Assembly: GCA_964106645.2 (NCBI GenBank)
Contig: OZ067039.1
DNA length: 64,000 bases
Direction: 5' to 3' (one strand)
Origin: Podarcis pityusensis
Lineage: Eukaryota
Part shown: positions 62,022 to 64,000 of the stretch, one piece after another
Position numbering within the stretch: the stretch's first letter is position 1
Layout of the letters: each line of letters starts with the position of its first letter
Translations under genes and position numbers: made by a program
The notes under the pieces: generated by a model
Told to the model about the DNA's origin: nothing
The model's input: only the letters and a program-made list of their open reading frames with translations
Database searches by the model: none

Positions 62022-64000
62022 GGAGAAGTTATTATTAAGGTTCTTATAATGTATTTGATCAAAGGAGACGACTCTTCTCTCCCCCCCCTTTAAAAAAAGA
62101 AAACAACACAGGGAAATGTGTAGGACTTTTTCTGGTTAAATTGGTCTGCAAACAATTATGTAAACTCATCAGCAGAAGCAAGAACAGATGTTTTATTAAA
62201 ACTGCTACACAGCAGTGAAAATATGCGCAGGTCCTGGAGTAGTTCTTGTATAGCAGTTGGGGTCTCTTTCCCCCCCTCCCCGCCCCCTGGAGTTAAAGAG
62301 CTCACAGAAAGCTGCAATAACATCCATTCGCTCATAAGGCTGTTTTCTCTTTTTTGTGTTTTTACTCCCGGATTTTACCCCCACACCGAGGTTAAAGAAG
62401 AAAAATATGCTTCGTTAGACCTCTCTCTCCGTTTTAATTAGCGAATTGATGAACTGATTTAGAAGAAGGCTTCAAAAATGCACACTCCACACATGTGTTT
62501 TCCATCCCCACTAATTGTGGAAAGGAAACAAGAGCTATCGTTGGCTCCTCTCTCTCTTGCAGCCCAAGTAAAATGTTGTCAGATTCTGATCCTGTCGTGT
62601 GATTCGGAATGCAAATTCGGAAGCGTTTGTTTACTCGTTTGTTTGTTTGTTTCGAGAGGAGAGTGGATTTTTCTTGGGCGTTAATGGCAAGGGTTTCCAT
62701 CTGAGACCGTTAATGCAAGTGGAAGAAGTGGGGGGGGGGGGGGAGAGAGCGCTTCACAAATTCTCACCCAGTCTGTTGCCTAGGTGTAGAAAACTGCTTA
62801 TTCATAAATGCAGGTTGTGTCTGGTTAGCTTTAAATATGCAACCAAAGTTGCCCTGGGTCAAATACGTTTGTTTACTGTTCATGTGTTGGATTAGCTTGC
62901 ACTCTTGTCTGGAATAGTTTATTATTCCCTGATAGATTGATAAGAACTCCCCCCCCCCTAACCACACACCGCTCAGCAAACACACGCGGGCTTGTTTATA
63001 ACGTGTAGTTATATCTATGTATAGACTTCCAGACTCTACAGCTATGTCCTCATTTGTGTACCATTTATAGGATGAAGAGGCAAATTGGTCTTGGATCTGT
63101 GTAGATGGAGCGTATGTGTTTTTCGTGCAACGCATGCATTTCAAAAGCAAGACAGCCACACTTGGCGATTTGCTTTTACCTTTGTTTTGTTTTTAAAAGT
63201 AGTTGTGTATGGAGCAGTATGGAAAACAGAAGAAAGAGAGATAAACAGAACGACATAAGCAGACAACGAGGCCAGTAATTTTGCGCGCAAGAAACACGTA
63301 TTTTTAAGGCGTTGTACTTAAATCCACGTGGTACCTTTAACTGGATATCTAATTTCAGCTGATCTCACCTTATATATGTTATCTCGGCCTTTTTAGACTT
63401 GACAGTTATTGCAGGCTAGAGCTTCTTGCCTTGTAATTATTTATTTAGAGCGCTTGCACTCCAGTTATTCCTGCTCCTACAGAATAACCTTCTTAATCAA
63501 ATGTTCCCTCTGCCGGTAAATAACTAAATAATAATAATGAGGATGATGATAATGAGAAGAAGACAGAAAATAAAAGAAAAAAGCAGTATATGTAGCGCGT
63601 AAATGCCAGGAGTCAAATGCGCCTGACCGATGCGTTTGCATTGTTTTGAGTCTTCCTTTCTGTTACAGTAATCACATCTTGATAATCTTAACTTTCGGAC
63701 TGCTAGTTTCGCTCAAAGTTTTCACCTAGTTTATGTCATGATATTACTTAAACTTTATACTAAAGTGGTTGACAAAAAAATAATAATTTTAAAATACGCA
63801 GAAAGGGAAGAGTTGGAGAAATTTACCTTCCATATAAATAATTATTATTGTCAATAATTAGTAATAATAGCAATCGGGAGGTTTCTCCCTTTCTGCATTT
63901 TGTCTTGCTTTTGCCCTGCATCCTTCAAAAAACATCCGCCCCCCTACGTCTTGTCACATAAGCACCGCTTCTGCGGTTCGGCCTGCAATATTCTTGGCTG

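Noticed and set aside
59600-64000. HoxC7/HoxC8 coding sequence
   Set aside because: No homeobox or hexapeptide seen; HoxC7 does not exist in tetrapods and HoxC8 should lie beyond the window.

Overview
Vertebrate genomic DNA, most likely a squamate (lizard) judging by the repeat content. It covers the anterior (3') half of a HoxC cluster, with all genes on the minus strand. From right to left: HoxC6 (2 exons, 236 aa), HoxC5 (2 exons, 248 aa, with a CAG-encoded poly-Q tract), a miR-10c hairpin, HoxC4 (2 exons, start codon hidden in an N gap) and, about 20 kb further 3', a heavily decayed homeobox whose diagnostic residues point to HoxC3. Two well-matching DR5 retinoic-acid response elements flank HoxC4, and the Hox introns carry Hox/Cdx binding-site clusters. 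Unlike mammalian Hox clusters, the intergenic DNA is invaded by transposons: tRNA- and 5S-derived SINEs, L2/CR1 fragments, Penelope-like ends, a Tc1/mariner-type hairpin, and a dispersed ~80-90 bp palindromic MITE-like family that often occurs in adjacent pairs, including inside the probable HoxC5 3' UTR. All homology statements come from recalled family consensus compared by eye; no database search was run.
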